NCBI GenBank assembly: GCA_963657575.1
Contig: CAVKNR010000001.1
Span: 1-55,271 of the forward strand
DNA from: Sodaliphilus sp.
GTDB lineage: Bacteria > Actinomycetota > Coriobacteriia > Coriobacteriales > Coriobacteriaceae
Reading direction: 5' to 3'
DNA length: 55,271 nucleotides
Of this stretch, positions 30,502 to 42,194 are shown piece after piece. The notes below the pieces were generated by a model, which was given only the letters and a program-made list of their open reading frames with translations, searched no databases and had not been told where the DNA came from. Numbering within the stretch: position 1 is the first letter of the stretch; every line of letters begins with the position of its first letter. The translations under genes and the position numbers were made by a program.

Positions 30502-31368
30502 ATGGATTGCCCGGTCACCGCTCGTCCCACCGTTATCGTTATCTCCGACTCGCTCGGTGATACCGCTTGTGAGGTGGTGCTTGCGGCGTCCGGGCAATTT
30601 GATGAAGGGGCTTTTCGCGTTTTGCGCCTGCCCAAGGTGGCCTCCGTGGAGCAGGTCAAGTCATTTGTGGGGCCGCGCGTCGATGCCGACCATCGCGATA
30701 TCGCCGTGTTCCACACCATTGTCGATCCGGCCCTTCGTGCTCGTGTGCTCGACTACTTGGGCATGCTGCATATTCGCTCGGTCGACCTGATCGGTCCGAC
30801 GCTCGCCGTGCTGTCGTCGCTCGTCGGCGTGCCGCCCAAGGGCGTTGCGGGCGTGATTCACAAGACCGATGACCGCTATTTCCATCGTATCGAGGCCATG
30901 GAGTATTTCGTTGAGCACGATGACGGGCGCGGTTGCGACGATCTGTCGGGTGCCGATATCGTGCTACTGGGCGTATCGCGCACGTCCAAGACGCCGCTGT
31001 CGATGTATTTGGCCTATCAAGGTTACAAGGTTGCCAATGTTCCGTTGGCCCATGGCATGGAGCCGCCGAAGTCGATTTACGAGGTCGACCCGATGCGCCT
31101 GTTCGGCCTGATTTCGACCGTCGATGTGATTTCCGAAATTCGCGATAGCCGCTTGGGCGATGACTACGCCCGTGCCGTTGCCGGCTCCTATGCCGAGCCC
31201 GAGAGCGTGCGCAGCGAGCTCGAGGAAGCTCGTGCCCTCATGAAGCGCCTAGGCTGCTTTGTGGTGCGTACCGACGGCAAGGCCATCGAGGAAAGCGCTG
31301 CCGAGATCATTAGCCACTTGGAGGAAATCCAAGAAGCTCGCGCCCGCCGAGCCACCCGCCGCGCCTAA
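30502..31368 (+). CDS. Pyruvate,phosphate dikinase regulatory protein (PDRP/DUF299 kinase-pyrophosphorylase)
   Basis: ISDSLGDT, HDDG, GVSRTSKTPLS and ANVPL; adjacent to ppdK. Confidence 0.93.
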   Translation: MDCPVTARPTVIVISDSLGDTACEVVLAASGQFDEGAFRVLRLPKVASVEQVKSFVGPRVDADHRDIAVFHTIVDPALRARVLDYLGMLHIRSVDLIGPTLAVLSSLVGVPPKGVAGVIHKTDDRYFHRIEAMEYFVEHDDGRGCDDLSGADIVLLGVSRTSKTPLSMYLAYQGYKVANVPLAHGMEPPKSIYEVDPMRLFGLISTVDVISEIRDSRLGDDYARAVAGSYAEPESVRSELEEARALMKRLGCFVVRTDGKAIEESAAEIISHLEEIQEARARRATRRA

Positions 31369-31618
31369 TATTAGTAGCATTTTGATAAAGCGATTTAGCA
31401 AAAACATCGCATCTGACCTGCTTTTTTATTGCGTTGGTATCTTCATAAGGTAACCAACTTTACCTACCGTTTACCGCCAGTTTTAGCACGTTTACCAAAC
31501 CGCGTATCCTCTGCTCAAGCCCGTTCAAATCCGGCCGTATAGTTCCCTCACGGCCCGCATCCGGCGGGTCGATTCGTTACCACGGTCGTGCGCGTAAGCG
31601 CATGGAAGGGGAAGTATC

Positions 31619-34369
<2,751 letters not shown>

Positions 34370-34406
34370 CGTTTTGGGTATAGACGCCTAGCGTAGCCCC
34401 CTTCAT

Positions 34407-34437
34407 GCCGCCCGCCTCATTCGTGAGGCGGGCGGTT
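34407..34437 (+). terminator. Hairpin after ppdK
   Basis: GCCGCCCGCCTCA-TTCG-TGAGGCGGGCGGT. Confidence 0.65.
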
Positions 34438-34481
34438 ATCATGTGCGGGTTTTGTCTTTTTGTCTGCGTAAAAAATTGTTC

Positions 34482-34509
34482 TTGCAGCAGAAACCCGCGC
34501 GTGTATACT
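34482..34509 (+). promoter_or_regulatory. Promoter of rplS
   Basis: TTGCAG, 16-nt spacer, TATACT. Confidence 0.65.
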
Positions 34510-34578
34510 CGAATACGTTTGTTCAACTACGTGCCGGCCAAGGTGGTACGGCACCTCTAGAAGAGTAAGGAATTGCAC

Positions 34579-34920
34579 ATGGATTACATCCGCGCAATCG
34601 AGCGTCAGCAGATCCGCGAGGACATTCCTCAGGTTCGCGTCGCCGACAACGTCAAGGTTCACTACCGCATTAAGGAAGGCGACCGCGAGCGCATCCAGGT
34701 CTTCCAGGGCGACGTCATCCGCATGGCCGGCGCCGGTGCCCGCGAGACCTTCACCGTCCGCAAGATGTCCTTCGGTGTCGGTGTTGAGCGTACCTTCCCG
34801 CTTCACAGCCCCAAGATCGCCAAGCTCGAGGTCGTTCGTCATGGTCGCGTCCGTCGCGCCAAGCTGTACTACCTCCGCGACAAGGTGGGCAAGGCTGCTC
34901 GCATCCCCGAGAAGCGCTAA
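34579..34920 (+). CDS. rplS: 50S ribosomal protein L19
   Basis: [26 protein letters not shown] and RRAKLYYLR. Confidence 0.98.
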   Translation: MDYIRAIERQQIREDIPQVRVADNVKVHYRIKEGDRERIQVFQGDVIRMAGAGARETFTVRKMSFGVGVERTFPLHSPKIAKLEVVRHGRVRRAKLYYLRDKVGKAARIPEKR

Positions 34921-34954
34921 GAAGATCGCAGCGTCTGTCCACTCGTTTGGACAC

Positions 34955-34984
34955 AAGGGTCACCTTCGGGTGGCCCTTCTTTTT
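34955..34984 (+). terminator. Intrinsic terminator after rplS
   Basis: AAGGGTCACC-TTCG-GGTGGCCCTT followed by CTTTTT. Confidence 0.8.
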
Positions 34985-35013
34985 ATCTGATTTGCATGCA
35001 AGGAGGGCCTGGT

Positions 35014-35802
35014 ATGGCCAACATGACGAGCTCGGTTTCGGCATCGCAGGTTGCCGGTGAGTTGGCGAGCGCTACGTTTGAGGAGATTCCCGCCCTCGTG
35101 GAGCATTATCGCGAGGACCCGCGCCAGCAGGTGATCAAGGCTTGTGAACGCGCCCTCAAACGCCATGCCAAAGAGCTTGCCGAGCGCGAGCGCGTCAATG
35201 ACATGTACGAGCTTATGCATGAGCTTGGCGGCGATGGGGTGGTCGTTGGTGTCGACGAGGTGGGTCGCGGATCGGTGGCCGGTCCTTTGACGGTGTGCGC
35301 CGTCTGTCTTCCTATGGAGCCGCACGTTTGGGGTATCAACGATTCCAAAAAGCTCACGCCGGCGCGCCGAGAGTTGCTCTCAGTGAAGATTGCCGAGGTG
35401 GCGACGGCGATCGGTTTTTGCCATATTGCGCCGAAGGATATCGATGAGATGGGCATGGCCCGTGCTATCCGTACCGCCGTTGCGGGCGCCGTGGCCGATA
35501 CGGGGCTCGAGCCCGATTGCGTGCTTATGGATGGCAACCCCTTGGGCGCCGTTCCTAACGAGCGCGATGTGGTGAAGGGCGATGCCAAGATCGCCTGCAT
35601 CGCCGCGGCGTCCATTATGGCCAAGGTCACGCGTGACGAGATGATGGTCGAGTACGACGCCGAGTATCCCGAGTACCATCTGGCCGAGTCGAAGGGCTAT
35701 GCGAGCCCCGAGCACATCGAGGCCATTCGCAAACATGGACTTTGTCCGCTGCACCGCGTGAGCTTTTGCGGAAACTTTCTGCAGACTGAGCGCCTTTTCT
35801 AG
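35014..35802 (+). CDS. rnhB: Ribonuclease HII with N-terminal helical extension
   Basis: GVDEVGRG, NDSKKL, DG, KGD, IAAASIMAKVTRD and KGY. ATG after AAGGAGG. Confidence 0.95.
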   Translation: MANMTSSVSASQVAGELASATFEEIPALVEHYREDPRQQVIKACERALKRHAKELAERERVNDMYELMHELGGDGVVVGVDEVGRGSVAGPLTVCAVCLPMEPHVWGINDSKKLTPARRELLSVKIAEVATAIGFCHIAPKDIDEMGMARAIRTAVAGAVADTGLEPDCVLMDGNPLGAVPNERDVVKGDAKIACIAAASIMAKVTRDEMMVEYDAEYPEYHLAESKGYASPEHIEAIRKHGLCPLHRVSFCGNFLQTERLF

Positions 35803-35851
35803 GCCAATTGTGGAGACATGGACCTCTGGGGTTTTATAAACCTGCTGGTAG

Positions 35852-35893
35852 CGGGCCGTATGCAACACCATTGTTGCGTACGGCCCGTTTTTT
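35852..35893 (+). terminator. Intrinsic terminator after rnhB
   Basis: 16-bp stem CGGGCCGTATGCAACA/TGTTGCGTACGGCCCG followed by TTTTTT. Confidence 0.85.
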
Positions 35894-35991
35894 GACGGCA
35901 TTTGGTCAGCTTTTGGTTTGCTTCCGGTACTTACCCGCATGAAAGGTGCCCTCATCATCGGGGCAATGCAGTGTGCGGGAAAGGAGACCCC

Positions 35992-36477
35992 ATGAGTGCC
36001 GCAAGCAAAAAGAGCAAGACGCAGCAGCTCAAGGAGCGTTGGGAAAACGGCGAGCTCGACTCCGGGGCGATGACGCCCGAGTTTATCAAGGGACTCAGTC
36101 CCCGCGAGCTAGGCATGCTGGGCGAGCTGATCACCATCGACTACTTTAACGAGCGCGGCTACACCTTGCTGGAGCAGGGCTATCGTTGCACCGAGGGCGA
36201 GGCCGATCTGGTGCTGCTCGATGAGCTCGACGATGTCGTGGTGATGGCCGAGGTCAAGACCAGACGCGTCGCCCTGGATTGCACCACGCGGGTCTTTCCC
36301 GAGGAGGCCGTGGACGCCCAAAAGCAACGCCGCTACCGCCGCATCGCAAGTTGCTATCTCATGGAGCATTATCCGCTCAAGGCGATTCGCTTCGATGCTG
36401 TGGGTGTCACCATCCGCGGCGGGCATATCGCCGAGATCGAGCATCAGTACAACGCGTTCGATTGGCAGGTGTCGTGA
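35992..36477 (+). CDS. yraN: YraN family PD-(D/E)xK nuclease
   Basis: LGMLGE, GEADLV, EVKTR, EAV and RFD. ATG after AAGGAG. Confidence 0.88.
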   Translation: MSAASKKSKTQQLKERWENGELDSGAMTPEFIKGLSPRELGMLGELITIDYFNERGYTLLEQGYRCTEGEADLVLLDELDDVVVMAEVKTRRVALDCTTRVFPEEAVDAQKQRRYRRIASCYLMEHYPLKAIRFDAVGVTIRGGHIAEIEHQYNAFDWQVS

Positions 36478-38000
36478 TGGCGTTCGAGACGTTTGCCGTT
36501 CACGCGGCCTGCATCCGCGGCGTCGAGGCGATTCACGTCACGGTCGAGGTCTCGCTTGCCGGTGGCGTTCCGGGCATCCAGATGCTCGGCATTCCGAGTA
36601 TGGAGGTGATGGAGTCACGCGGTCGTATTCGCTGCGCGATGCGCTCCGCCGGGTTCGAGATCCCGCGCTCGGGCATTACCGTTAACCTGGCACCCGGCGA
36701 TATCCGCAAGACCGGTAGCGGCTTTGACCTGCCCATCGCCATCGCGGTTCTAGCGGCCGATGAGCAGATTCCCCGTGACAACCTCGATCGCTGCCTTATC
36801 GCAGGTGAGCTTGGTCTGGACGGTACGGTGCTTCCCGTCAAGGGCGAGGTGGCGTTTCAGCTATTGGCTCGCGACATGGGGCTGTCTTTTATCGCCGGCA
36901 GGTCCGACCAGCATGTGCCACTCGCGGGCGTAGATTGCGGCTTTATCGACCATCTGTCTCAGCTTGCTCATGGCATGGGCGATGCCGCACGGCACTACTT
37001 GGATTCCGAGGGTGTCGAGGCGACCTTTGAGCCCGAGCTCGACTATGCAGACGTGCTGGGGCAGGAAGTCGCTAAACGCGGCATGGCGCTTGCGGCGGCA
37101 GGAGAACTCGGCTTGCTCATGATCGGGTCTCCGGGATCGGGCAAGACGATGCTCGCACGCCGTATGACCGGCATCCTGCCCGAGCTTTCCGTCGAGGATC
37201 AGCAGGAGGCACTGTGCATCCATTCGGTCTTGGGCGAGAACATCGATGGCTTATTGGCAGGTCATCGGCCGTTTCGAAGCCCCCATCACAGTATTTCGAC
37301 CGCAGGCCTTATCGGCGGCGGGCGCCCGGTGCACCCGGGTGAGATTAGCCTTGCTCATGGCGGCGTGCTCTTTTTGGACGAGCTTGCCGAGTTTCCCACG
37401 GGTGTGCTGCAGACGCTGCGTCAGCCCATCGAACGCGGCTATGTGAGGATCGTACGCGTCGACGGGGCCTTTACCTTCCCGTCGCGCTTTCAGCTGCTCG
37501 CTGCGAGCAATCCCTGCCCCTGCGGCTTTTTGGGCGACCGCGAGGTGCCGTGCCGCTGCTCGGCATCGATGGTCGAGCGCTATCGGGCAAAGCTGCGCGG
37601 TCCTTTGGCCGACCGTATCGACATGATGATCGATGTGACCCGTCCCGATCCCCAGGTGATTATCGAGGGCGCGGAGGGTATGTCGTCGGCCGAGTTACGT
37701 GACTACGTTGTGCGCGGTCGCGCTTTTCGCACCTGGCGCGAGTCTCGTATGGACGATGCGGATGCCGAGGCCGAGGATGACGAGACGCGGTCCATTGACG
37801 GCGTCGTTTCGACCTTTGAGCTCGATGATGCTGCCGAGAAATGCGTACTCGGTCTGTCCAAACGCACGCATCTCACAGGGCGTGGCATCGTGCGCCTGGT
37901 TCGCATTGCGCGCACGATCGCAGATGTCGCCGAGAGCGAGCAAGTGACGCAGGACCACGTGCTCGAGGCGGCGATGTACCAGGGAAGGAGGGACCAATGA
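36477..38000 (+). CDS. comM: ComM/YifB Mg-chelatase-like AAA+ ATPase (branch-migration helicase)
   Basis: ITVNLAPGD-x-RKTGSGFDLPIA, Walker A GSPGSGKT, PFRSPHH, LFLDE, NPCPCG and ARTIAD. TGATG coupling to yraN. Confidence 0.93.
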   Translation: MAFETFAVHAACIRGVEAIHVTVEVSLAGGVPGIQMLGIPSMEVMESRGRIRCAMRSAGFEIPRSGITVNLAPGDIRKTGSGFDLPIAIAVLAADEQIPRDNLDRCLIAGELGLDGTVLPVKGEVAFQLLARDMGLSFIAGRSDQHVPLAGVDCGFIDHLSQLAHGMGDAARHYLDSEGVEATFEPELDYADVLGQEVAKRGMALAAAGELGLLMIGSPGSGKTMLARRMTGILPELSVEDQQEALCIHSVLGENIDGLLAGHRPFRSPHHSISTAGLIGGGRPVHPGEISLAHGGVLFLDELAEFPTGVLQTLRQPIERGYVRIVRVDGAFTFPSRFQLLAASNPCPCGFLGDREVPCRCSASMVERYRAKLRGPLADRIDMMIDVTRPDPQVIIEGAEGMSSAELRDYVVRGRAFRTWRESRMDDADAEAEDDETRSIDGVVSTFELDDAAEKCVLGLSKRTHLTGRGIVRLVRIARTIADVAESEQVTQDHVLEAAMYQGRRDQ

Positions 38001-38932
38001 TGGCCGAGGGGACCTTCGAGCTGCATCCAGGTGACGCGTTGTATCCCGAGACCGTTTTGGAGCTTTCTGATGTACCTCAGACGCTCTATGTGCGCGGCAA
38101 CCCCGAGGCGCTTTCGACGCCCGCGCTCTCCATCATCGGCGCGCGAAAGGCCTCGCCGTATGGTCTTGCCGTGGCAGAGCTTGCGGCAAAGGTGGCGGTC
38201 GAGGCGGGAGTGACGGTTGTTTCGGGCGGCGCGGTCGGTTGTGACCAGGCCTCGGGTTGGGCTGCGGTCAACGCCGGCGGCAAACACGTCGTGGTGCTGG
38301 GGACGGGCGCCGACGTGGTCTACCCGCGTTCGAGCGCGGGGCTTATTACTCGCACGCTCGATACGGGTGGCGCGGTCGTGTCGATCTCTCCGTGGGGCAT
38401 GGGTCCGCGCAAGTTTGCCTTTCCGCGCCGGAATCGCGTGATCGCGGCCCTGTCGCAAGCCCTCTTTGTATCCGAGGCGGGTATGCCTTCCGGGACGTTT
38501 TCTACAGCCGAGGCTGCTATGGATTTGGGGCGCGAACTTCTTGCCGTGCCGGGGTCGATCCTATCGCCCGAGTCGCGTGGCACGAATTACCTCATTGCGA
38601 ACGGTGCCTGCTGCATCATCGACGAGGAATCTATCGAGATGGCTATCTCACGTATCTACGGCACCCTGCGCTACTCGCGCCCTGATGCTCCCGGCATTGC
38701 CGACCTGGATCCAACACAGCAGACCGTGATGCATGCGCTCATCGCCTCTCCGCTCAAGGTCGACGACATCGCGGCGCTCGTCTCGCTCGATGCCGTCGGC
38801 GTACTCAAACTCTTGGGTTCGCTTGAACTCGAGGGCCTTATCGAGCGCATGATGGATGGAAGGTATGCGCCCTCCAAGTTTGCCCTTCACGCCCAGACGC
38901 CCTTCGGTCACAATGGAAAACGTGTCAATTAG
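37997..38932 (+). CDS. dprA: DNA-processing protein DprA
   Basis: IIGAR, VVSGGAVGCD, FPRRNRVIAALS, GRELLAVPG and GTNYLI; C-terminal winged helix. ATGA overlap with comM. Confidence 0.92.
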   Translation: MMAEGTFELHPGDALYPETVLELSDVPQTLYVRGNPEALSTPALSIIGARKASPYGLAVAELAAKVAVEAGVTVVSGGAVGCDQASGWAAVNAGGKHVVVLGTGADVVYPRSSAGLITRTLDTGGAVVSISPWGMGPRKFAFPRRNRVIAALSQALFVSEAGMPSGTFSTAEAAMDLGRELLAVPGSILSPESRGTNYLIANGACCIIDEESIEMAISRIYGTLRYSRPDAPGIADLDPTQQTVMHALIASPLKVDDIAALVSLDAVGVLKLLGSLELEGLIERMMDGRYAPSKFALHAQTPFGHNGKRVN

Positions 38933-38946
38933 AAAGGTGTTTGCAG

Positions 38947-40284
38947 ATGCAGTTCGATCAGGTGACGGTTATCGGTGGCGGTCTGGCGGGTTCGGAATGC
39001 GCGATCCAGCTGGCAGACCGCGGGTTTGCCGTAAAGCTGTGCGAGATGCGCCCCCAGGTGAGCTCCCCGGCTCACCATACTGATCACCTGGCAGAGCTCG
39101 TCTGCTCCAATTCGTTTAAGTCGACCCGTCCAGATTCCGCTGCTGGCCTACTAAAAGCCGAGCTCCAGCGCATGGGTTCAGTCCTGCTCGATTGCGCCCA
39201 TCGCGCCGCTGTTCCCGCCGGTGGTGCCTTGGCGGTCGACCGCGTCAAGTTTTCCGAGCTTGTCGAGGCCGAGGTTGCCGCCCGTCCCAATATCGAGATC
39301 ATTCACGGCGAGGTCACGCAGATTCCCGAGGGTCACGTGGTCATTGCCGCCGGCCCCTTGTGCTCGCCGGCGCTGAGCGAAGAGGTCATGAAGCTCGTCG
39401 GTGGCGACGCCCTTGCGTTCTTCGATGCCGCGGCGCCGATCGTCGATGCCTCCACGCTCGATATGGACGTGCTGTTCTCGCAGTCGCGCTACGAGGAGCA
39501 GGGGAGTGGCGACTATCTCAACGCTCCGCTCAACAAGGAGGAGTACGAGGCCTTTATCGAGGCGCTTACCACGGCCGACCGCGTGGTGCTCAAGGATTTT
39601 GAGGGCGGCGATCTGTTCCAGGCCTGCCAGCCTGCCGAGGAGGTTGCACGCACCGGCAAGGACGCCATTCGCTTTGGCGCCATGAAGCCCGTCGGCCTCA
39701 CCGACCCGCGTACCGGACGTCGCCCCTGGGCGGCGATTCAGCTGCGTGCCGAGAACAAGGAGAAGACCGCTTATAATCTGGTGGGCTTCCAGACCAACCT
39801 GACCTTTGGCGAGCAGAAGCGCGTCTTCCATATGGTGCCGGGCCTGGAGAACGCTGAGTTCTTCCGCTACGGTGTCATGCACCGTAATACCTTTGTCGAC
39901 GCCCCGCACGTCCTCGATGGCACCTTTGCCGTGCCCGGTACCGGCGTGCGCCTGGCCGGTCAGATCACCGGCACCGAGGGGTACATGGAAGCCGTGGCGA
40001 CCGGTCTGCTCGCGGCGCTCAACACCTATGCCGAGGCTATCGGTGCCGCGGGCGTCGAGTTGCCCCGCGTGGGCGCCCTGGGCGCGCTCGTGGGCTATGC
40101 GACCGATCCTGCCACCGTGGGCTACCAGCCCATGCATGTCAACTTTGGCCTGGTGCCGCCGCTCGAGGACGGTAAGCGTCGCAGCAAGCGCGACCGCTAC
40201 CAGGCCTATGCGGACCGTGCGCTTGAGGCCCTTGATGCCTATCTGGCCACTCGCCCCGATCTGTTTGGAGGCGACCGGTCATAG
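38947..40284 (+). CDS. trmFO: Folate/FAD-dependent tRNA m5U54 methyltransferase
   Basis: GGGLAGSE, AELVCSNS, GGALAVDR, FFDAAAP, GFQT, HRNTF and GQITGTEGY. Confidence 0.96.
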   Translation: MQFDQVTVIGGGLAGSECAIQLADRGFAVKLCEMRPQVSSPAHHTDHLAELVCSNSFKSTRPDSAAGLLKAELQRMGSVLLDCAHRAAVPAGGALAVDRVKFSELVEAEVAARPNIEIIHGEVTQIPEGHVVIAAGPLCSPALSEEVMKLVGGDALAFFDAAAPIVDASTLDMDVLFSQSRYEEQGSGDYLNAPLNKEEYEAFIEALTTADRVVLKDFEGGDLFQACQPAEEVARTGKDAIRFGAMKPVGLTDPRTGRRPWAAIQLRAENKEKTAYNLVGFQTNLTFGEQKRVFHMVPGLENAEFFRYGVMHRNTFVDAPHVLDGTFAVPGTGVRLAGQITGTEGYMEAVATGLLAALNTYAEAIGAAGVELPRVGALGALVGYATDPATVGYQPMHVNFGLVPPLEDGKRRSKRDRYQAYADRALEALDAYLATRPDLFGGDRS

Positions 40285-41201
40285 CCTTTGACCTGTACGA
40301 TGCCGTCGACTCGTTTATCGCCTATATCGCACGTGTCGAGGGACTTTCTCCCAACACGGTGACGGCCTATGGCTCGAGGCTGGAGCGCTTTGCTTCCTGG
40401 TGCGAGCGCGAGGATATCGATGCTTTCGCTGCCGACGTGCGCACCATTCGTCGCTATCTTGCCGAGCTTTCGCGTGAACAGGTGGCTCCCCGAACGCTTG
40501 CGGCGCATCTGTCTGCCATTCGCTCGCTCTATCGGTGGATGACTGCCGAGGGGATTGTCGAGGGTGATGCGGTCTCGGCAATCGCATCGCCCAAGCTGCC
40601 GCGCGACCTGCCGGGCGTCCTTACGACCCAGCAGGTCGAGGCGCTGCTCAAGACGCCTGATACCTCGACGCCCGCGGGACTGCGCGATGCGGCGATGCTC
40701 GAGCTGCTCTATGCCTCGGGTGCTCGTATCTCTGAGCTCGCAGCACTCAATGTGGAGTCCATCGCTTGGTCCGAACGCACGCTGCGCCTTTGGGGCAAGG
40801 GGGGCAAAGAACGTATCGTCCCTCTGTATCGTCGTGCGCTCGAGGCGACGCGTCTCTATATTGAGGAGGGGAGGCCGGAATTGCTCGCTCAGGCAAAGCG
40901 TCGTGACCCCGCTACCGGGCCGCATCCGCTGCTTATATCGGCGCGCGGCAATCGCATGAGCGCCGCCATGCTCCGGCGGCGGTTCCATACGCTGGCGACG
41001 CTCGCCGGCATTCCGGCCGACATCGCCCCGCATGCGATGCGCCATACTTTTGCGACCGACTTGCTTGAGGGCGGTGCGGACCTGCGCTCGGTTCAAGAGC
41101 TGCTGGGTCATGCGAGTCTGTCCACGACGCAGATCTACACGCATCTCACGCCCGATCGGCTTAAGCGGGCCGTGGCTCAAGCCCATCCCCGCGGCGAATA
41201 G
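40281..41201 (+). CDS. xerC: Tyrosine recombinase XerC/XerD family
   Basis: Catalytic residues are intact: GARISE, GKGGKER, PHAMRH, LGH and TQIYT. Homology extends upstream of the track's GTG 40359, so I propose ATA 40281 as start (see findings). Confidence 0.88.
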   Translation: MAFDLYDAVDSFIAYIARVEGLSPNTVTAYGSRLERFASWCEREDIDAFAADVRTIRRYLAELSREQVAPRTLAAHLSAIRSLYRWMTAEGIVEGDAVSAIASPKLPRDLPGVLTTQQVEALLKTPDTSTPAGLRDAAMLELLYASGARISELAALNVESIAWSERTLRLWGKGGKERIVPLYRRALEATRLYIEEGRPELLAQAKRRDPATGPHPLLISARGNRMSAAMLRRRFHTLATLAGIPADIAPHAMRHTFATDLLEGGADLRSVQELLGHASLSTTQIYTHLTPDRLKRAVAQAHPRGE

Positions 41202-41250
41202 TTGCTGGGACGTTCCGCGCTGCACTCAGGTGTGTGGTTTTGATTGCGGG

Positions 41251-41279
41251 TTGGCAGGAAGATGCATTCCTGCTATCAT
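41251..41279 (+). promoter_or_regulatory. Promoter of rpsB-tsf
   Basis: TTGGCA, 17-nt spacer, extended -10 TGcTATCAT. Confidence 0.75.
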
Positions 41280-41310
41280 TCATCGGGTTGCTTCACGGCA
41301 ACATGTATTT

Positions 41311-41420
41311 ATCACGCACGCGCGGCTACTTCATACCGTGGTGCCCGGGCTTTGGTAGCACATGTCCGGGTTGGTTTTGGAGGATGACCCCGCGCGGAGG
41401 CAAACCACAGGAGGTTTAAC
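41311..41420 (+). ncRNA. Structured rpsB 5' leader (putative S2 autoregulatory element)
   Basis: Long 5' UTR with outer stem CGCGCGG (41319-25)/CCGCGCG (41390-96) and inner stem CCCGGGC/GTCCGGG. Structured rpsB leaders are a known class. Confidence 0.6.
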
Positions 41421-42149
41421 ATGGCTACCAAGATTAATATCCGCACCCTGCTCGAGGCCGGCTGCCACTTCGGTCACCAGACCCGTCGCTGGAACCCCAA
41501 GATGAAGCCGTTCATCTTCGGTGAGCGCAACGGCATCTATATCCTTGACCTCAAGCAGACCATCCTCGACGCCGACCAGGCCTACACCTTCGTCAAGAAC
41601 GTCGCCAAGGGTGGCAACGTGCTGTTCGTCGGCACCAAGAAGCAGGCTCAGGAGGCCGTCAAGAACGCTGCTGAGCGCGCCAACATGCCTTACATCAACC
41701 AGCGTTGGCTCGGCGGTATGCTGACCAACTTCGTCACCATCCGCTCCCGCATCAACCGCATGGAGGAGCTCGAGGCCATGGTCGAGGACGGCCGCATGGC
41801 AGTGCTCCCCAAGAAGGAGCAGGCTGTGCTCGGCAAGGAGCTCACCAAGCTCCAGACCAACCTCGGTGGCGCCCGCGACATGAAGGGTCTGCCCCAGGCT
41901 CTCTTCGTCATCGACACCAAGCGCGAGGAGAACGCCATCAAGGAGGCTCAGCGCCTGAACATCCCCGTCGTCGCCCTGATCGACACCAACTCCGATCCCG
42001 ACGAGGTCGAGTACGGCATCCCCTGCAACGATGACGCTATCTCCGCTGTCACCCTTATGTGCGAGCTCATGGCTGACGCCTGCCTCGCTGGCTCCGGCAA
42101 GGAGCAGGTCTCCGAGGCCGAGATGGCCGCTGAGCCCAAGGCCGAGTAA
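41421..42149 (+). CDS. rpsB: 30S ribosomal protein S2
   Basis: [29 protein letters not shown] and DTNSDP. Confidence 0.99.
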   Translation: MATKINIRTLLEAGCHFGHQTRRWNPKMKPFIFGERNGIYILDLKQTILDADQAYTFVKNVAKGGNVLFVGTKKQAQEAVKNAAERANMPYINQRWLGGMLTNFVTIRSRINRMEELEAMVEDGRMAVLPKKEQAVLGKELTKLQTNLGGARDMKGLPQALFVIDTKREENAIKEAQRLNIPVVALIDTNSDPDEVEYGIPCNDDAISAVTLMCELMADACLAGSGKEQVSEAEMAAEPKAE

Positions 42150-42194
42150 ATCAGTCTTAGTTAATTCTTTTTCATCTCTTTGAAAGGAACCACA

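Noticed and set aside
36279..36476. Longer ORF-track starts for comM (and for dprA 37841, ispG 48643, rpsP 24870, yraN 35902, aroF 3318)
   Set aside because: The extensions overlap upstream genes or leaders. Downstream starts have an SD or stop/start coupling and match the family N-termini.
40281..41201. Tyrosine recombinase as a phage or ICE integrase
   Set aside because: Its size, motifs and dprA/trmFO/rpsB context fit chromosomal XerC, with no cargo or att repeats.
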